A stretch of DNA of 63,861 bases, filler included, from an uncultured Synergistales bacterium (GCA_937897575.1; 12 parts of 12 records of this genome joined end to end with filler, not necessarily neighbours in it); one strand, 5' to 3'. Shown: positions 20,320 through 30,614, numbered from the whole stretch's first letter. The notes: generated by a model not told the origin, from the letters alone. Program-made: numbers and translations.

Positions 20320-20731
20320 TTTCGAACGGGCTCAGGAGGGGGAGTCGGACATTCAGGACAGGGATGTGGTGGTCTCGGGCGGGAAGGGGTTGAAACGGCC
20401 CGAGACCTTCAGACTGCTGGAAGAACTCGCCGCCCTTCTGGGGGGCGGTGTCGGGGCGAGCCGCCCGGTGGTGGAGGCTAAATGGATCGGATATTCCCAT
20501 CAGGTGGGCCTTTCGGGGAAGGTGGTGGCGCCGAAGATCTATTTCGCCGTCGGCATATCGGGAGCGGTCCAGCACCTCGCCGGAATGCAGACCGCGGGGC
20601 TCGTCGTGGCGGTGAACAGGGACCCCGAAGCCTCCATCTTCAGGGTGGCCGACATAGGCCTGTGCGGCGATCTTTTCGAGGTGCTGCCGCGGCTCAACGA
20701 ACGACTGAGGGCGGAGGTGAAGGGACGATGA
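20320..20731 (+). CDS. etfA: Electron transfer flavoprotein alpha subunit, C-terminal part
   Basis: GASRPVV..HQVGLSGKVVAPKIYFAVGISGAVQHLAGM. Confidence 0.93.
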
Positions 20732-22167
20732 GGGAGTGGACCTATTCGCCCGTGACGGAGGAGGTCGTGCGGGACCTCGAGAGCCTCGTGGGGCGGCGGA
20801 ACGTGGCCACGGACCGGGAGAAGCTCCTCTCCTACTCCTACGACCAGGTCCCGCGCTTCTCCTGGGACGAGGAGTACTGCGCCGAGGTCGTCGTCTTCCC
20901 CGAGACCACGGACCATGTGTCGGCGATCATGGGGTACGCCAACCGTCACCGCATCCCCGTGACGCCCCGCGGTGCGGGGACGGGGCTGTCGGGCGGGGCG
21001 GTCCCCTTCAAGGGGGGGATCGTCCTCTCCTTCGAGAAGATGCGCCACATCCTCGAGCTGGACGAACGGAACCTCACCATCACCGTGGAGCCGGGGGTCG
21101 TCACCTCCGAGATCACCAAGGCGGCCCAGAATGCGGGGTTATTGTACGCCGGCGACCCGTGCAGCGGCGACGCGTCCTTCATCGGCGGCAACGTGGCGGA
21201 GAACGCGGGGGGCAACAAGGTGGTGAAGTACGGGACCACGGGGAGCTCGGTCCTGGCCCTCGAAGCGGTCCTTCCGGACGGCACCGTGACGTGGTTCGGC
21301 GGCAAGCGCCGCAAGGACGCCACGGGGTACGACTTCGCCCATCTCGTGGTGGGCTCCGAGGGGACGCTGGCCGTGGTCACCAAGATCATCCTGAAGCTTC
21401 AGCCCCTGCCGGGCAAGGTGGTGGACCTGCTCGTGCCCTTCCCCGACGTGAGGACGGCCATCGATTTCGCCCCCCGCGTCATGAGGGAGGGCAAGGTCGT
21501 GCCGTCGTCCATGGAGTTCCTGGACGGCAAGTCCATCAGGCTTGCCGAGCGGTTCCTGAACTGCACCCTTCCCCACGACGACGCGGGCGCCCACCTTATA
21601 ATCCAGCTCGAGGGGAACGATCCCGAGGTCCTGGCGGACGACGTGGAGCGGGTGGGAGACCTGTGCTTCGCCGGGGGTGCCCTCGAGGTCTTCGTGGCGG
21701 ACAACAGGACCACCAGGGACAAGCTCTGGAAGGCTAGAAAGTGCCTTGCGGAGGCCATCATGGCCTTCTACCCCAAGTACAGCCTGGAGGACCTGGTGGT
21801 GCCCACGAGCGAGATACCGAACCTTCTGGCCGAGACGACGCGACTGGCGGCGAAGTACGGGGTGGAGGAGGCGAACTTCGGCCACGTGGGGGACGGCAAC
21901 GTCCATGTGAATATCCTCTTCCCCGAGGAGCGGGAAGGGTGGCATGAGACGTTGGACGCCCTTCTCGACGAGCTCTACACGGCGACGGCCGACATGGGGG
22001 GGACGCTGAGCGGCGAGCACGGCATCGGGCTGAAACGGCAGAAGTACATGTGCCGGGTCATGGACCGGGCGCAGATGGACCTCATCTGGAGGGTCAAGCT
22101 GGCCTTCGACCCCAACAACATCCTGAACCCGGGGAAGATGATATCCTGCCCCGGGCGGGACGACTGA
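20728..22167 (+). CDS. FAD-linked oxidase (LctD/GlcD-type lactate or glycolate dehydrogenase), Etf-coupled
   Basis: PRGAGTGLSGG, GGNVAENAGG, GSEGTL, GHVGDGNVH, SGEHGIG and DPNNILNPGK; ATGA overlap with etfA. Confidence 0.9.
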   Translation: MREWTYSPVTEEVVRDLESLVGRRNVATDREKLLSYSYDQVPRFSWDEEYCAEVVVFPETTDHVSAIMGYANRHRIPVTPRGAGTGLSGGAVPFKGGIVLSFEKMRHILELDERNLTITVEPGVVTSEITKAAQNAGLLYAGDPCSGDASFIGGNVAENAGGNKVVKYGTTGSSVLALEAVLPDGTVTWFGGKRRKDATGYDFAHLVVGSEGTLAVVTKIILKLQPLPGKVVDLLVPFPDVRTAIDFAPRVMREGKVVPSSMEFLDGKSIRLAERFLNCTLPHDDAGAHLIIQLEGNDPEVLADDVERVGDLCFAGGALEVFVADNRTTRDKLWKARKCLAEAIMAFYPKYSLEDLVVPTSEIPNLLAETTRLAAKYGVEEANFGHVGDGNVHVNILFPEEREGWHETLDALLDELYTATADMGGTLSGEHGIGLKRQKYMCRVMDRAQMDLIWRVKLAFDPNNILNPGKMISCPGRDD

Positions 22168-22178
22168 GACGACGATCC

Positions 22179-23186
22179 TCAGAAGGGACGATACAGCGGG
22201 GCGATCCTGAAGCAGGCGAGGATCGCCTCTTTCATGCTCACGGGGTTGGCGACGCCCTTCCAGGCCACGTCGAAGGCGGTGCCGTGATCCACCGAGGTCC
22301 TGATGAAGGGAAGGCCGAAGGTGACGCTCACCGTCCGGTAAAAGTCGTAGGTCTTGGACGCGATGTGCCCCTGGTCGTGGTACAGGGAGACAACCACGTC
22401 GTACTTCCCCTGGAGTCCGAAGTAGAAGACGCTGTCCGCCGGCACCGGGCCGACGACATTGATGCCCCTCTCCCTGGCCGAGCGGACGGCCGGCGCGAGG
22501 ATCCGGCGCTCCTCGTCCCCGAAGAGCCCCCCGTCCGAGGCGTGGGGGTTCAGGGCCGCAAGGGCTATGGTCCCCGAGGGGAGCCCGACGGAGGCCAGAC
22601 ATTTCGCCGCGGTCTCGATGGAGTGGACCACGTCCGCCTCGTTCAACTCCTCGATGGCCTGTTTCAGCGAGACGTGCCGGCTGTGGAAGAGGATCCGGAG
22701 CCTGTCCACGAGGAACATGGTGTAGCTGTGCGATGACCCCGACAGGGCGGCGAGCATCTCCGTGTGGCCGATGTAGGGCACGCCGGCCGCCTTCCATGCC
22801 TCCTTGTTGATGGGGGTCGTGGCCATCCCGTCGGCCGTGCCGCTCATGCAGAGGTGCACGGCCTTCTCGATGTACGCGGCCGAGGCCCGTCCCGCGAGGG
22901 GCGAGACCCGCCCCGGGGAAAGCTCCGAAAGGAGGGGCACCATGCCCAGGTCCACCACGGGGATGTCCGTCGGGGAGCCCGAGACGGCCGTTCCCTCTCC
23001 TGCGGCATGAAGCCCGACATCAAGCTTCACGGCGTCCCGGACCGCCTCGAGGACGGCAAGGTCCCCCACGAGGAGGGGGGTGCCCTCGTCCCAGATCTGC
23101 GGGTCGGACATGCTCTTCAGGGCGATCTCGGGGCCGATGCCGGCGGGATCTCCCATGGGGACTGTCACGACGGTTTTCTTGTTCAT
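22179..23186 (-). CDS. pdxA: PdxA-family dehydrogenase, probably PdxA2 (D-threonate/erythronate 4-phosphate)
   Basis: MGDPAGIGPE, GHTE, LNPHA, YHDQGH and RTSVDHGTAFD; coupled to an acid-sugar kinase. Confidence 0.9.
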   Translation of the reverse strand: MNKKTVVTVPMGDPAGIGPEIALKSMSDPQIWDEGTPLLVGDLAVLEAVRDAVKLDVGLHAAGEGTAVSGSPTDIPVVDLGMVPLLSELSPGRVSPLAGRASAAYIEKAVHLCMSGTADGMATTPINKEAWKAAGVPYIGHTEMLAALSGSSHSYTMFLVDRLRILFHSRHVSLKQAIEELNEADVVHSIETAAKCLASVGLPSGTIALAALNPHASDGGLFGDEERRILAPAVRSARERGINVVGPVPADSVFYFGLQGKYDVVVSLYHDQGHIASKTYDFYRTVSVTFGLPFIRTSVDHGTAFDVAWKGVANPVSMKEAILACFRIAPLYRPF

Positions 23187-23320
23187 GGACGCTCCTCCTT
23201 CTTCTGCAGCCATCTGACGGCCTGATACACTCCATCCTCTTCGCCGACGAGCCCGCCCTTGGTGGCGACCTTCAGCCCGGCGAAGTCCCCGTCCAGGATG
23301 CGCCCGCCCATGAGCAGAGG
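23183..23320 (-). CDS. Four-carbon acid sugar kinase (DUF1537), C-terminus
   Basis: GRILDGDFAGLKVATKGGLVG; stop overlaps the pdxA ATG. Confidence 0.75.
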   Translation of the reverse strand, partial: PLLMGGRILDGDFAGLKVATKGGLVGEEDGVYQAVRWLQKKEERP

Positions 23321-23420
23321 NNNNNNNNNNNNNNNNNNNNNNNNNNNNNNNNNNNNNNNNNNNNTTAATTAATTAANNNNNNNNNNNNNNNNNNNNNNNN
23401 NNNNNNNNNNNNNNNNNNNN

Positions 23421-23830
23421 CGCGGTCTCCGAGGCCGCCGGACCGGGCAAATCTCGAGGAAATGGCCCGGTCCGGCGGCCTCGGAGACCGCGTGACCTTC
23501 CACGGCTTCCGTGACGATCCCGACGAGTGGATGAAGCGATGTTCCTGCTTTCTCTTTCCCTCCCTCTCGGAGGGCATGGGGCTCACCCTTATGCGCGCCG
23601 TCCAGATGGGCGTCCCCGTGCTGGCCTCGGACCTCCCGCCGGTGCGGGAGCTCACCGCCGCACCGGAGACTCTGCTGCCCCCGGGCGACGTTCCAGCGTG
23701 GCGGGCGGCCATCGAGGGCTTCCTGTCCGGCGGCGATCCGTCGTCTTTCGAAAGGGACAGAATCCCCACCATCGGGGACATGGCCTGTGCCGTTGCTCAG
23801 GTATACCGGCGCGTGACGGGCACGCCATGA
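23421..23830 (+). CDS. Glycosyltransferase family 4, C-terminal part
   Basis: FHGFRDD..FLFPSLSEGMGLTLMRAVQMGVPVLASD. Confidence 0.85.
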
Positions 23831-24123
23831 CCTGCCGTCCTCTGTCTGCGTGCGGGCTGTACCGGGTTCTTCGGCATGGAGGGCCTCAGGGCGACGCAAG
23901 GGAGGACCCGCATCCGACAGAGCTCCCATTGATGGTCCTCCACCCTGCACCGTTGCCGGGGGGGACGACCAGTCCATCGTGCGATCGCGTTTCTTTCAGG
24001 GCCGGTCGCCGATCGTTGCCCTTCCTTTCCTCGCGGGGGGACGGTCCGTGTATAATGGGCGCTGCACGATGCCCCGAATGAAGGGGCATGCCCCGTGCCA
24101 CGATGAGAGGAGGAGGTACCTCC

Positions 24124-25431
24124 GTGCAGGCTAGAACCTCTCGTATCCTGTGTTCCTGTCGATCCCTCTCCTTGACGGAGCTCGGATTTCTCTGGTCCGT
24201 TTTTTTCGCCCCCTGGGGCCCCGTGCTGCGGTACCTCGGGTGGGCTCTGGCCTTGGCGGGCCTGGTGGGTGAACGGCGGCGGGGCGTCTCCTTCCGCGGA
24301 GCCCTCGTGCCCTGGGCGGGGCGGGTTCTGTGGGCCGTCCTCCTCTGGGGGGGCTTTTGGACCGTGGTCTTTCAGCGGGACCCCTACCTCGTGGCCAAGG
24401 GGTGGTCCCTGCCTGTGGAGTTCGCCTTCTCGGTCTGGCTGGCGGCGCACGTCGCCCGAACCTCGGACTCCGGGGCGAAGGAGCGCTTCTTCTCCGTGCT
24501 CATGGCCTCCGCCGCCGTTGCCGTCGTCGAGACCACCTATCGCTTCACCGCCTTTGCGAGCCTGTCCGGGAGTTTCACGAACATAGTCAACCTGGGGCTC
24601 TTCGGCGTCGTCCTCCTCCCCTTGGCCCTCGCCCGGACCGCCGCCTTTCCGGTGCCCTTCATGTGGTGCCTCTCCCTCGGTGTCCTGTTCATGATCGTCC
24701 TGAGCGGCAGCTCAGGAGCCTGGCTGACGGCCATCGTCGTCCTCCTGCTCCTCCTCGTCCTGGAGGACCGGGCGGGGCGGCGGAGGCTGGTCCTGTTCCT
24801 CCTGCTCTTCACCCTCCTCCTCGGCGGCGCGGGGGCGGCACTCTCCGCGGGGCCGAAGGCGCTGCGGGACGCCCTGCTGGTCCGGGTGCGGGCCGAGATC
24901 GTCCAGCTCACCTCCCCGCGGGATGCCAGGATGTTCACCTCCTATCGCTCCTTTATATGGAAGGGGGCCGCCCAGGCCGCGGCGAAGCGGCCCGTCACCG
25001 GATGGGGGTGGGGGGGCTTCGAACGGGCCTTCCCCGAGACGGTGCGCCCCTGGTGGGATGTGAAGGAGACGAAAATGCCGGCGGAGCGGGTCTCCGACGC
25101 CCACAACATGTATCTGAACCTCGCCGTGGACGGCGGCATCCCCTCGGCCCTCGCCGTGACGGGGCTCTTCCTCGCCGCCGCCTGGCTGGCCCTCCGGTTC
25201 GCCCGGCACTCTCCCGACGAGCGATACTTCTGGGTCGGGGTGGCGGTGAGCGCCCTCTCGCTCCTCTTCTTCGGCCTGGCGGGGGACATCTTCATGGTGC
25301 GGTACAAGTTCGCCTGCGTCCCCTGGTACCTGCTGGGCTTCGCCCTCGACCGCCGTGCCGGGGAGGAGCGCGCCCCGACGCGGGAAACTACCGACGGGCC
25401 GGTCAGTAGTTTTGCTGAAGATGAGTCTTAA
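24124..25431 (+). CDS. O-antigen ligase (WaaL-like) family membrane protein
   Basis: Multiple TM segments, RSFIW..PVTGWGWGGF and AHNMYL; strong SD before GTG at 24124. Confidence 0.85.
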   Translation: MQARTSRILCSCRSLSLTELGFLWSVFFAPWGPVLRYLGWALALAGLVGERRRGVSFRGALVPWAGRVLWAVLLWGGFWTVVFQRDPYLVAKGWSLPVEFAFSVWLAAHVARTSDSGAKERFFSVLMASAAVAVVETTYRFTAFASLSGSFTNIVNLGLFGVVLLPLALARTAAFPVPFMWCLSLGVLFMIVLSGSSGAWLTAIVVLLLLLVLEDRAGRRRLVLFLLLFTLLLGGAGAALSAGPKALRDALLVRVRAEIVQLTSPRDARMFTSYRSFIWKGAAQAAAKRPVTGWGWGGFERAFPETVRPWWDVKETKMPAERVSDAHNMYLNLAVDGGIPSALAVTGLFLAAAWLALRFARHSPDERYFWVGVAVSALSLLFFGLAGDIFMVRYKFACVPWYLLGFALDRRAGEERAPTRETTDGPVSSFAEDES

Positions 25432-25782
25432 GACCTATTTTCTTTCGAAAGCCCGTCGTCTACAATGCCCGGAGAGGAAAGAGTGTGTTTTGTCCCTTGG
25501 CAACTGAATAGCGCTCAAAGAAAAGCAATGGAACCCAGCTTCTATCTCTTTGCATACGAGTCCGAGGACAGGGAAGGAGGTGCGACCCCCGAAGGTCATC
25601 AGGGCCGTGCGAAGAGTGAAGGCGGAGAAGTGAACCGGTAATCGGCGCGAAGGCGAGCGGGCGACGGGAAAAGGAAACGAGGCAACTTCGTCCCGGGTAC
25701 CCCCTTGGCGACGCGGAGGAGGACGGTTCGGCATCCGCGGAATACATGCAGTGATCTACACACAATAGGGGGTAAAAGACGA

Positions 25783-27195
25783 ATGAAAAAGATTCTTGCG
25801 CTTGTAGCGGTAGTTGCGCTTGTGGCGTTTGCCGCTCCGGCATTTGCGGCGGTGAACCCGTTCATGGATGTTCCTCTGAACCACTGGGCCTATGACGCAG
25901 TTGGTCAGCTTGCGGCTCGTGGTGTTCTTTCCGGCTATCCGGATGGTACGTACAAGGGCAACCAGCCCACGACACGGTACGAGATGGCCTCAGCTCTTGC
26001 CCGCGCCCTTGCGGTCGTGGACATGGAGAAGGCGAGCCGCCAGGACGTCGAGATGCTGAAGAAGCTTGTTGTTGAGTTCAAGGACGAGCTTGACGCTCTC
26101 GGAGTTCGGGTGGACGAGCTTGACGGTCGCGTGGCCCTTCTTGAGGAGGGTCTGGGCGGCTGGAAGTTCTGGGGCGAGTTCCGCTTTGACGCCAAGTTTG
26201 CCGGCAACGACGGCAGCGTGCCTGGCGAGCCCAACCTGTACACGGCGAACGGCGACACGGACTTCAACCTGAACCGGTTCCGTATCTGGATGCGTAAGAA
26301 GGTTGACGAGAAGGTGACCTTCACGGCTCGTATCGGCGTGAACGATGGAACGGACCTGAACTGGGACCGGTACTACATCGACGTTGCGTTCCCCTGGGAC
26401 ATGACGTTCACCGCTGGTAAGTATCTCACCGACTGGCAGGGCGACGACGGTCTGTACATCGACAACGACGCGTGGTACACGGACCGTACGCTCACCGGTT
26501 TCTGGCTTACGAAGCACTTTGGTCAGGGTATGTTCCAGGTCTTCGCCGCCCACAGAGAGGGTGCCGATCCTGCAGCCCCGACGTTCAACGACGAGGGGTA
26601 TGAGTGGGGCGCCCGGCTGAAGTTCTCTTTCAACGAGAAGTTCTGGCTGTCCGGCAACTACATCGGCTTCACCTACGACTATCCGTCCTCGATAGCTGAC
26701 GATATCGACGTGTGGTGGGTTGCCGCCGGCTTCAAGTTCAGCCCGAACTGGGAGCTGAAGGGTGCATACTACGATATGGATGGCGAGAGTGCATGGCAGG
26801 CGATCCTCGATGTGAAGCAGGAGGCCCTGAAGTTCACCTCCCTGTGGATCGAGTACGTGAACATCAGCGACGTGGGCTTCGTCACCATCACCGACGGCCC
26901 GTGGGACAACTACGGCGCGGACGTGACGGGCAACTGGCTTGGCGCCTATGACGACATCTGGTTCGTGAAGGCGGAGCAGAAGTGGAACGACCAGTTCCGG
27001 ACCTTCCAGCGCTTCCTGAAGGGGAACGCTCGGTTTGCTGGCGCTTCCGACACGACGAACTGGACGATCGGCGTGCAGTACTACTACACCCCGGCTCTCA
27101 TGTTCGAGCTTGCCTACGACGACATCAGCGACGCTATGACGGTTGCTGGCGACGACGATCATCTGATCCGGTTCCGCACCCGCGTAACGTTCTAG
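25783..27195 (+). CDS. SLH-domain outer-membrane porin (OmpM-like)
   Basis: Signal peptide; SLH motif FMDVPLNHWAYDAV..GYPDGTYKG..TRYEMA; coiled coil; aromatic-rich beta strands ending in Phe. Confidence 0.88.
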   Translation: MKKILALVAVVALVAFAAPAFAAVNPFMDVPLNHWAYDAVGQLAARGVLSGYPDGTYKGNQPTTRYEMASALARALAVVDMEKASRQDVEMLKKLVVEFKDELDALGVRVDELDGRVALLEEGLGGWKFWGEFRFDAKFAGNDGSVPGEPNLYTANGDTDFNLNRFRIWMRKKVDEKVTFTARIGVNDGTDLNWDRYYIDVAFPWDMTFTAGKYLTDWQGDDGLYIDNDAWYTDRTLTGFWLTKHFGQGMFQVFAAHREGADPAAPTFNDEGYEWGARLKFSFNEKFWLSGNYIGFTYDYPSSIADDIDVWWVAAGFKFSPNWELKGAYYDMDGESAWQAILDVKQEALKFTSLWIEYVNISDVGFVTITDGPWDNYGADVTGNWLGAYDDIWFVKAEQKWNDQFRTFQRFLKGNARFAGASDTTNWTIGVQYYYTPALMFELAYDDISDAMTVAGDDDHLIRFRTRVTF

Positions 27196-27200
27196 CAGAC

Positions 27201-27246
27201 GACACACAAAAAAGAAGCCCCGCAAGGGGCTTCTTTTTTGTGTGTC
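27201..27246. terminator. Bidirectional intrinsic terminator
   Basis: 21-bp perfect stem GACACACAAAAAAGAAGCCCC-GCAA-GGGGCTTCTTTTTTGTGTGTC. Confidence 0.92.
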
Positions 27247-27249
27247 GGT

Positions 27250-27620
27250 CGTTATGCCGAGCGCAGCGAGGCGAGCAGATGCCCAACCGCCCTTCGGGGC
27301 CGCATTTTTAGTAGGCGACCGAAAAATGTGTCCCCTTGGGGTCACATTTTTAGTGTCGATCACTCCCTTTCACTTCGCTTCAGGGATAGTATCTGACATC
27401 AACTCGATGCCTTTCGGCCTCTCGTTGGTCATCTCCAATACGCCGCGTCCGTCAGGACGCGGCGAGTAGGCGACCACGTGTCGGTCGCCTCCTTGCGTTG
27501 CTTGGGAGATCAAACAGCACCTCTCGTCTCCATACCCCTCACTTCGTTCGGGAGAGTGACCAGCGTTCGGTCGTCTTCTATTGATGACTGCCTGCTCGTC
27601 GAGCATGAGTCTGCTCGACA
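27250..27620 (-). ncRNA. Candidate structured non-coding element (ncRNA or MITE-like), unassigned
   Basis: At least seven hairpins, enclosing stems and internal repeats; no convincing ORF. Confidence 0.45.
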
Positions 27621-27688
27621 GCGCGATTCGCACACCACGCGACGCACGGTAGCGCTCGTGCGCCCGTTACAACGTAGCAAGAAGCGCC

Positions 27689-27711
27689 AAAAGCCCCGGA
27701 CGGGGCTTTTT
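27689..27711. terminator. Terminator-like hairpin
   Basis: AAAAGCCCC-GGAC-GGGGCTTTTT. Confidence 0.65.
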
Positions 27712-27882
27712 CTCGAACTCCACGCGTTCTCCCGCGGCAGAGGTCGAGAACCCCCGCGGTTTTCCCTCTCCGCCGGAGGCGAGTGATCCGGTACAGCGGC
27801 CTGCACCTCCGTACTATTGCCTTTTCTTTGCCCCTCTTTCCCCGTATAATAGGCTCATCTCGGATTCGGGAGGAGAGAACAC

Positions 27883-28629
27883 ATGACGAAGAGAAGATAC
27901 AGGGGCCTGTTCCTCGCTGTGCTGGCCCTTCTAGTGGTGGCGAGTGCGGCGCAGGCGGCGGACAGCGTCCTCTCCCGGTGGCGTCAGAGGCAGGAGTTCA
28001 AGGACGAGGAGAACCGCCTCGAGGTGGAGGCCACCTACTACGCGTCGGAGTACATCGAGGCGCTGGTTCGCGCCGAGGCCGAGAAGAACCTCTGGACCCA
28101 GGACGAGGCGGAGCAGTACAAGTACGAGCTGCTGCGGAGCCTTCGGCTTGACGAGTACATTCCGGTGCTCATCCGGTTCAATAATTTCGGCCCCTCCATG
28201 CATCTGGCGCCCTTCGACTCCATGCTGACCCTGTGGGCGGGAAAGAAAAAACTGGCCCCCGCGGACTACGACAAGCGGTTCAACTTCCGGCTCCAGGGCG
28301 AGCGAGAGGGGCTCATCTTCTTCCCACGGTACGATGACAAGGGCAAACCCAACCTCCAGGGGGTGAAGACGGCGAAACTCTCCATGAGCAGCGCCGTGAG
28401 CAGCGTCACGATGAGGCGGGCGTCCATCGACTTCGTGTGGGATGTGGGGAACGACAACCCCGAGGCCCTGACGGCGGGGAGAGCCGCCGAGAAGCTGGAG
28501 CTCGACCGGCTCATCAAGAGATCGGCGCAGCTCAACGAGGACAAGAGGAGGCTCGAAGGGGAGCTTCAGGCCGTTACGGACGAGCTTGCGACGATCAGCG
28601 CCCGTATCGAGGAGCTGCAGGGAAAATAG
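27883..28629 (+). CDS. Exported hypothetical protein with C-terminal coiled coil
   Basis: TATAAT at 27845, GGGAGG SD, signal peptide, host-like codon usage. Confidence 0.8.
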   Translation: MTKRRYRGLFLAVLALLVVASAAQAADSVLSRWRQRQEFKDEENRLEVEATYYASEYIEALVRAEAEKNLWTQDEAEQYKYELLRSLRLDEYIPVLIRFNNFGPSMHLAPFDSMLTLWAGKKKLAPADYDKRFNFRLQGEREGLIFFPRYDDKGKPNLQGVKTAKLSMSSAVSSVTMRRASIDFVWDVGNDNPEALTAGRAAEKLELDRLIKRSAQLNEDKRRLEGELQAVTDELATISARIEELQGK

Positions 28630-28734
28630 AGGACCGGATCGGTCGGTGAAGTATCGGGGCGATGGGCGTGCAGGGCACCTCGTCGCCCCTTTTTGTGGTA
28701 CCATGAGGTCATCCTGTCCTTGGGGGGAGTGCCC

Positions 28735-29697
28735 ATGATGAAGCGGATAGCCGTCTTGACCAGCGGCGGCGACGCCCCCGGCATGAACGCCGCAATTCGG
28801 GCCGTCGTCCGAACGGCGCTGTTCCACGGCATGGAGACCGTCGGCGTGATGCGCGGGTACGACGGGCTCATGGAAGGCGATTGCAGGATCCTGGAGAGCG
28901 CGTCCGTGGGCGGAATCGTCCACCGCGGCGGGACCATCCTGCGGACCTCCCGCAGCGACCGTTTCAAGACCGAGGACGGTCTGCGCGCCGCCCTGGTGCA
29001 GCTGGAGGATTGGAAGATCGACGCCCTGGTGGTGATCGGCGGGGACGGGACCTATCGGGGCGCCCACGCCCTCGGTGCCCTCGGCGTGCAGGTGATCGGC
29101 ATCCCGGGCACCATCGACAACGACGTGACGGGCACCGACGTGACCATCGGGTTCGATACGGCGGTGAACACGGCCTTCCAGGCCATTCAGAAACTGCGCG
29201 ACACGGCCAGCAGCCATGATCGCCTCTTCATCGTGGAGGTCATGGGGCGCGAGGCGGGCTTCCTGGCCCTCGAGGTGGCCGTCTCGGGGGGCGCCGAGTA
29301 CGTCGCGGTGCCGGAGATCCCCCTGGATATGGAGAAGCTCTGCGAGCATCTGCACTACTCCCGCAAACGGGGAAAGACTCACTCCCTCATCGTCATCGCC
29401 GAGGGGGTCATGAGCGGCGCGGACCTGAAGAACAGGCTTCAGGACACGAGCGGCTACGACGCCAAGGTGACGGTCCTGGGCTACATCCAGCGGGGCGGCG
29501 GCCCCACGTCCTTCGACACGGTCCTGGCCTCGCGGATGGGGGGGCTCGCCGTGGAGTCCCTGTTGAAGGGGGAGTCGGGGAAGATGGTCTGCTCCGTGGG
29601 CGGACGCATGGTCCTGAGGCCTCTTGAGGAGGCGTGGGGCACACGGAAGCCCCTGAACCCGGAGCTGTTAGCCCTGGTCGACATCCTGGGCGTATGA
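28735..29697 (+). CDS. pfkA: 6-phosphofructokinase
   Basis: TSGGDAPGMNAA, GGDG, TIDND and EVMGR. Confidence 0.97.
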   Translation: MMKRIAVLTSGGDAPGMNAAIRAVVRTALFHGMETVGVMRGYDGLMEGDCRILESASVGGIVHRGGTILRTSRSDRFKTEDGLRAALVQLEDWKIDALVVIGGDGTYRGAHALGALGVQVIGIPGTIDNDVTGTDVTIGFDTAVNTAFQAIQKLRDTASSHDRLFIVEVMGREAGFLALEVAVSGGAEYVAVPEIPLDMEKLCEHLHYSRKRGKTHSLIVIAEGVMSGADLKNRLQDTSGYDAKVTVLGYIQRGGGPTSFDTVLASRMGGLAVESLLKGESGKMVCSVGGRMVLRPLEEAWGTRKPLNPELLALVDILGV

Positions 29698-30536
29698 GCG
29701 GCGCGGAGCGCACCCGAGGGGTCGGAGCCCTCATCGCGTCGGACCGGGGCCATCGAAAGGTCTCCTCGCTCTTTCGGGAGACCTATCTTGACGAGGCCGC
29801 CGGTTATCTCGTCGCCGCCTCGAAGATCGCCATCGTCACGGGATTTTTCGTCCCCGCCTGCGGCGCGCCGGAGACGGACGGGCCGGGCGGCTCCTCTGCC
29901 CTCGGCCGATGTCTCGCCCGCATGGGCAAGGACGTCCTGCTCTGCACCGACGCCCTCTGTGCGCCGGCCCTCCGTCGGTGTTCGGATGCGATCGGCGGGC
30001 CGGAGGTCCGAGTGGTCTCGTCGGGCGAGGACATCCTGGCCACGGGGGCGGATGCCCTGGTCTTCGTCGAGCGTCTCGGGCGGGCGCGGGACGGCCGGTA
30101 CTACAACATGCGGGGAGAGGACGTCTCGGTCCACGCGGTGTCGCTGGACTCGGCGGCCCTGCTCGCCGCCGCAAGGGGAATTCCCGTGATCGCCGTGGGC
30201 GACGGAGGGAATGAGACGGGGATGGGCAACTTCCTCGAGGCCCTGGAGGTTCTTCTGCCGGAATACGGCCCCTGCCTCAGCTCCGTGGGCGCCACGGTGA
30301 CGCTGCCTGTTGACGTATCGGACTGGGGAGGGTACGCTCTCTGCGTCCCGCTCTCCCTGCCGGGGGGGCGGTGGCTCGGGCCCCATCCGGAGGAGATAGG
30401 AGCCATGCTCGAGGCCCTCGTGCGCGAGCGCGCCGTGGACGGCGTGACCAGGCGGGGCGAGCTCACGGTGGACGGTTTTCCTCTGGAGGTCCATCAGACC
30501 GTCGTCCGGATTCTTCGGGCGATGGTCGGCGCATAG
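29694..30536 (+). CDS. DUF4392 / D-glutamate cyclase-like protein
   Basis: TGF..ETDGPGG, ERLGRARDGRYYNMRG and GDGGNETGMG. Confidence 0.8.
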   Translation: MSGAERTRGVGALIASDRGHRKVSSLFRETYLDEAAGYLVAASKIAIVTGFFVPACGAPETDGPGGSSALGRCLARMGKDVLLCTDALCAPALRRCSDAIGGPEVRVVSSGEDILATGADALVFVERLGRARDGRYYNMRGEDVSVHAVSLDSAALLAAARGIPVIAVGDGGNETGMGNFLEALEVLLPEYGPCLSSVGATVTLPVDVSDWGGYALCVPLSLPGGRWLGPHPEEIGAMLEALVRERAVDGVTRRGELTVDGFPLEVHQTVVRILRAMVGA

Positions 30537-30614
30537 GCCCGTGCGCCGGACAAGGTGCGCGAAAAGAGTTTCTTTCACCCGCACTCTTGCCAATCATCGA
30601 TGGCGGTGGGTATA

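Noticed and set aside
27250..27620. RNase P, tmRNA, CRISPR or integron attC reading of the structured region
   Set aside because: No GAGGAAAGUCC, no tRNA-like ends, no regular repeat-spacer period, and no integrase or cassette ORF
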